Made by a program: the position numbers and the translations under genes
From: Candidatus Campbellbacteria bacterium
Lineage (GTDB): Bacteria; Patescibacteriota; Minisyncoccia; Phycocordibacterales; EsbW-18
Assembly (NCBI GenBank): GCA_045863475.1
Contig: BTUR01000003.1
Coordinates: forward strand, 8,647 to 72,646
Length of the DNA stretch: 64,000 nucleotides
Direction of reading: 5' to 3'
The notes under the pieces: generated by a model
The model's input: only the letters and a program-made list of their open reading frames with translations
The model's database searches: none
Told to the model about the DNA's origin: nothing
Shown: piece after piece, positions 60,105 to 64,000 of the stretch
How the letters are laid out: every line of letters starts with the position of its first letter
How positions within the stretch are numbered: the stretch's first letter is position 1

Positions 60105-60692
60105 GTGAATAATGAGGACACGAAATTAATACACACAGCAAAGCAAGATCCTCGCGAGTTTGAAGCGGTTTATAGAAAGTATGCGGATAAAGTGTTCAAC
60201 TATTTTTGGTATCGGACTGGACACGACAAGGCTCTTTCCGAGGACCTCATGCAGGAGACGTTCTTGCGCGCCTTTCAGCATCTTAAAAGATTCCAGGTCA
60301 GGGGCTATTCGTACCTGACGTACCTTCTCACCATCGCGCGGCGGCTTCTCATTGACCACTACCGAAAGCCATCTTCAGTACCCCTCGAAGACGCAGAGAA
60401 CGTACCGTACGAGGTAACAGAAGATATTGAACGCAAATCAAACGCCGAAGCGTTGTGGCACGCGATCCAAACCCTGCCACCGTCGAACCGCGATGTTCTC
60501 CTCATGTATTACCAAGACGAGAAGCCGGTAAAAGATATCGCGGTCATTACCGGTTCGTCAGAGAACGCCGTCAAGCTTAACCTTTCGCGCACCCGAAAAA
60601 AGCTCGCTGCCCATCCGTATTTGAAAGATATGGCAGATTTCAGAGGGAAGCAGCGCTCATACACCAAGCCGAAGTTCCTCAAACGGCCCTGA
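60105..60692 (+). CDS. ECF sigma factor
   Basis: EDLMQETFLRAF, IARRLLIDHYRK, region 4 SENAVK..LSR. Confidence 0.9.
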   Translation: MNNEDTKLIHTAKQDPREFEAVYRKYADKVFNYFWYRTGHDKALSEDLMQETFLRAFQHLKRFQVRGYSYLTYLLTIARRLLIDHYRKPSSVPLEDAENVPYEVTEDIERKSNAEALWHAIQTLPPSNRDVLLMYYQDEKPVKDIAVITGSSENAVKLNLSRTRKKLAAHPYLKDMADFRGKQRSYTKPKFLKRP

Positions 60693-60720
60693 CACCTTTT
60701 ATGTACCATTCCGTTAAATA
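60690..60720 (+). promoter_or_regulatory. Putative ECF promoter of the HtrA gene
   Basis: TGACACCTTTT-N11-CGTTAAATA; same boxes and spacing at 62008-62038. Confidence 0.75.
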
Positions 60721-60783
60721 GGAATGACCGAAGGGTCTGTGTTTTAACCGCACATAGCGTGGTCGTTTTGATACGAAAATATC

Positions 60784-62010
60784 ATGCAAATAAATAAAAA
60801 TCTTGCTAAGCATGTTGCCATAACGGTCGTAGTTGCTCTCATCACCTCCGTTTTGACCGGAGCCGTTTTTATCACATGGGCAAAGAATAACCCGTCCTCG
60901 TTCGCACAGTTGGTTGCTTCAGGCCCAACAAACAATCAGAACGCATCTTCAACCGCTTTCCTGTATCCGGTCGAGTCTTTAGTGGTGAATACGGTCAAGA
61001 AAACGAACCCAGCGGTTGTCGCTATCACCGTCTCAAAAAACGTTCCGGTCTATGAGAGATATTTAGAGAGAGTCCCAAGTCCCTTTGAAGATTTCTTTGG
61101 CGGGTTCACTATTCCGCAGTTGCGCCAGAATGGTACGGAGCTTCGTGAGGTTGGCGGCGGCTCTGGATTCCTTGTCTCGGCCGACGGCTATATTGTGACC
61201 AACCGCCACGTGGTTGCCGACGAAAGTGCGGAGTACACGGTCTTTGCGAATGACGGCAAAAAGTACGACGCCAAGGTTATCGCTCGTGACCCTGCACTTG
61301 ATCTGGCGATCATAAAAATAAACGGTTCCGGCTTCCCGCACCTCACATTCGCTGACTCCGACAAGCTCGAGGTCGGCCAGAGCGTAATCGCTATCGGCAA
61401 TGCGCTCGCAGAATTTAGGAATACCGTGTCCGTAGGTGTTGTGTCCGGCCTCTCTCGCTCCATCGTTGCATCAGACTCGCTTGGCAGAAATGCCGAGGCG
61501 TTGGATCAGCTCATTCAGACCGACGCCGGTATCAATCACGGCAATTCCGGTGGGCCTCTTTTGAATCTTTCTGGAGAGGTTATCGGCGTGAACGTCGCCA
61601 TAGCCGAAGGCGCAGAGAATATTGGTTTTGCGATCTCTGGCAACAGCGTAAAGAGCGTTGTCGAATCCGTGCAGAAGACAGGCAAGATAGTTCGGCCGTA
61701 TCTTGGCGTTCGGTATGTGGAGATAACGGAAGAAATCAAAGAAAAGAATAAGCTTTCAGTTGATCATGGCGTACTCGTTCAGCGCGGCGCGGCCGTATCC
61801 GATCTCGCGGTCATTCCCGGCTCACCGGCAGATAAAGCCGGAATAGTTGAGAACGACATTGTCTTGGAGATCGACGGCATAAAACTCACGCCGGAGCAGA
61901 GTTTGGCATCCATTATCCGAACAAAGAAAGTCGGCGATTCTGTACGATTGAAAATAAACCACAAAGGCGAAGAAAAGACGGTAACGGTCAAACTGGAAGA
62001 AATGAAATGA
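60784..62010 (+). CDS. HtrA/DegP-like protease with PDZ domain
   Basis: GSGF, TNRHV, QTDAGINHGNSGGPL, PYLGV. Confidence 0.92.
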   Translation: MQINKNLAKHVAITVVVALITSVLTGAVFITWAKNNPSSFAQLVASGPTNNQNASSTAFLYPVESLVVNTVKKTNPAVVAITVSKNVPVYERYLERVPSPFEDFFGGFTIPQLRQNGTELREVGGGSGFLVSADGYIVTNRHVVADESAEYTVFANDGKKYDAKVIARDPALDLAIIKINGSGFPHLTFADSDKLEVGQSVIAIGNALAEFRNTVSVGVVSGLSRSIVASDSLGRNAEALDQLIQTDAGINHGNSGGPLLNLSGEVIGVNVAIAEGAENIGFAISGNSVKSVVESVQKTGKIVRPYLGVRYVEITEEIKEKNKLSVDHGVLVQRGAAVSDLAVIPGSPADKAGIVENDIVLEIDGIKLTPEQSLASIIRTKKVGDSVRLKINHKGEEKTVTVKLEEMK

Positions 62011-62038
62011 CACCTTTTGACCCCTACCTCGTTAAATA
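62008..62038 (+). promoter_or_regulatory. Putative ECF promoter of the Hsp20 gene
   Basis: TGACACCTTTT-N11-CGTTAAATA. Confidence 0.75.
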
Positions 62039-62362
62039 AGTTGAAGGTAGCCTGGCCAGCTGCTGAACGTAAGTAAGTTATTGAGCGACCTAATGAGCAA
62101 TATAAGCGCAAGGCATGGACATACTAAATGGCTTAGGAAATTCATTCGTTCAATATCCGATGCGGTTTAGCAAAACTCCTGCCGTATCACAACTGAATAG
62201 GGCGTAAGTAAATCGCTAGCGCGATATTTGAAGAGGGTGGATACTCTCTTGGTCTGGAGGGGCAACCAGTTCGGCATCTCCAGACTGGTTTATGTATAAG
62301 CATTACCCTTTGTGGAAAGGTCGAATGCAAAGGAGCATTACCAGAAGTTAATGCTAACTCCT

Positions 62363-62863
62363 ATGAAAAATGAACTCCAGAAGAGGGGTGATCAAAATCA
62401 AGCTCTCTCACGGCGCGATGACTTCGTGAGCCCCTTCTCTCTCATTGACAGATTCTTCGACGATTCTTGGGACCCGTTCAACATGATGTCACCGAGTTTC
62501 TTCCGTAATCGTGGGCTCGGTAATGTCTCCACATTGTTCCCCAAGGTAGATGTCGAAGAGACGGACAATGAAATTCGGGTGACTGCGAATGTTCCCGGCA
62601 TTGATCCGAACAGCATCAATGTAGAGGTTGGGGATGACTATCTCTCGCTCTCCGGCAAGATCGATAAGGAAACCAAAGACGAAAAGAGAGGCAAGGTCTA
62701 CCGCTATGAGCGCGAGTACGGTGAGTTCAGACGAGAGTTCGCTCTCCCTGCTCGGGTCAACAAGGATGGCATCGTTGCAAAATCAAAGAACGGCGTCCTT
62801 ACGATTACTCTACCGAAGTCGGAAGAGGAATTGAAGAAACGCGTTAAGATTGATGTTGAGTAA
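62363..62863 (+). CDS. Hsp20 small heat shock protein
   Basis: PKVDVEET, ERE.YGEFRR.F.LP, NGVLTITLPK. Confidence 0.92.
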   Translation: MKNELQKRGDQNQALSRRDDFVSPFSLIDRFFDDSWDPFNMMSPSFFRNRGLGNVSTLFPKVDVEETDNEIRVTANVPGIDPNSINVEVGDDYLSLSGKIDKETKDEKRGKVYRYEREYGEFRREFALPARVNKDGIVAKSKNGVLTITLPKSEEELKKRVKIDVE

Positions 62864-62900
62864 AACAAAAGACCGCTGAGCCTTCAGCGGTCTTTTGTTT
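62864..62900 (+). terminator. Intrinsic terminator
   Basis: AACAAAAGACCGCTGA...TCAGCGGTCTTTTGTT. Confidence 0.8.
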
Positions 62901-62912
62901 AAGCCATACCAG

Positions 62913-62988
62913 AGTCATGTGCGACCGAGACGGTTCGAATCCTTTTGCGGCAGCCAAGTCGTGCGAGGTTATCGCGCACGAGACGCGT
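62913..62988 (+). repeat. Cassette junction with degenerate tRNA-Gln 3' end
   Basis: AGTCATGTGCGACCGAGAC + GGTTCGAATCCTTTTGCGGCAGCCA + GCGCACGAGACGCGT. Confidence 0.75.
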
Positions 62989-63024
62989 GCTTAGCAAAGT
63001 CGCCAAAAGCGATACAATAGAAGT

Positions 63025-63657
63025 ATGTTCGAGAAGCAGATCAATCAATTCATAGAGGACCTGGCAAGGCATCCGCTTACTCCCAATGTTAAGAATCCAT
63101 GGGACTACTCTCGTTCAGAAAATGAGATTAGGCGAAAGAATCTGCTGGGCTACTTTAAGAAAATGTATGAGCTTAAGCCGAAGATTCTACTAGTCGGTGA
63201 AGCTCCGGGATATCGAGGTTGCGGCAGAGTAGGCATGCCCTTCTCTTCAGAAAAGTTAGTTTTGAGCCACTCTTTCTTTGCAGAAAAAGATGTTTTCGAT
63301 ATCGAAAACAAGGAAGCGCCTATTGCTGAAGCGAGCGCAAGCATTGTATGGAAGACATTTGATACGTTAGATTTCTACCCCCTCATGTGGGCGACATATC
63401 CATACCATCCTCATAAGCCTGGAAATGGTCTAACTAATCGAGCACCGAAGCCAGATGAAATTAAAATCGGTAGACAGTTCATAACTCGCCTCATAGATAT
63501 TTACGGAATCCAGAAAGTGGTCGCGGTAGGTCGAGTTGCAGAGGGAACGCTAAAAGAGCTGAATATTGAAGCTCCTGCAGTGCGCCATCCTTCTCATGGA
63601 GGGGCTACGCTTTTTGCTCAAGGGTTAGCTGATTATAAAAACAGCTTACGCGCATAG
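63025..63657 (+). CDS. Uracil-DNA glycosylase superfamily protein
   Basis: VGEAPGYRG...PFS, NRAP, RHPS. Confidence 0.88.
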   Translation: MFEKQINQFIEDLARHPLTPNVKNPWDYSRSENEIRRKNLLGYFKKMYELKPKILLVGEAPGYRGCGRVGMPFSSEKLVLSHSFFAEKDVFDIENKEAPIAEASASIVWKTFDTLDFYPLMWATYPYHPHKPGNGLTNRAPKPDEIKIGRQFITRLIDIYGIQKVVAVGRVAEGTLKELNIEAPAVRHPSHGGATLFAQGLADYKNSLRA

Positions 63658-64000
63658 CGCACGAGACGCGTCGTTTTGATAAGCTAAAAGGAAGTCAAAC
63701 GGAGTAAGCAGGCCTTGGCCGACCACGGTTCGAACACGAGACGGCCAACATGCAACTCAACCAAGCTCTTGCATTGCCTGGGGATGGGACACTCTGCACA
63801 TCCGTGGTTTGGTAATTCGTAGCGACACCACGGGGTTCGCTTACTTCGACGATGTGGAACTTGTTTCCGAGACCGTTCCACTTCTGTGGCCGCTTGAAGG
63901 TGGCTATCCGGGCGGGACAATCCTCAGTCCTTTCGGGGACGACTGGGTCAGAAGCTGTAACGGTCTCATCAAGAAGCATGCGGGGGTCGACGTCGCCGCG

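Noticed and set aside
62932-62956. Additional tRNA gene
   Set aside because: Only a T-loop and 3' end are present; no D-arm or anticodon arm upstream.
63684-64000. Minus-strand ORFs at the window edge
   Set aside because: Possibly truncated, no recognisable family, and the frame is ambiguous.

Overview
Bacterial chromosome window that looks like Patescibacteria/CPR (Parcubacteria-like). This is inferred from the compact housekeeping genes, short PrfB/DnaX/Rel proteins, tRNAs without an encoded CCA and mostly SD-less starts. The backbone holds prfB, ftsEX, rarA, def, metG, rnj, secG, groES/EL, lemA-htpX, miaA, parB, rel, topA, dprA, serS, dus, dnaX and six tRNAs. The notable biology sits at tRNA 3' ends. 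(1) tRNA-Gln(CTG) carries a ~6.6 kb AT-rich element: large serine recombinase, HUH rolling-circle Rep, C-protein-like HTH, a CBASS-like SMODS + 4TM pair and a cyclodipeptide synthase. Its attP appears to lie inside the recombinase C-terminus. (2) Behind it is an ~8.5 kb same-strand, integron-like gene array punctuated by copies of the tRNA T-arm/3' end and of the attP arm. (3) tRNA-Thr, -Gln(CTG), -Ser and probably -Gln(TTG) each have a structured trailer with an antisense copy, and usually a direct copy, of their own T-arm. (4) A second repeat-bounded array follows tRNA-Gln(TTG) and includes an ECF sigma-HtrA-Hsp20 module with a duplicated promoter motif. All calls come from reading the sequence by eye; no database searches were run.
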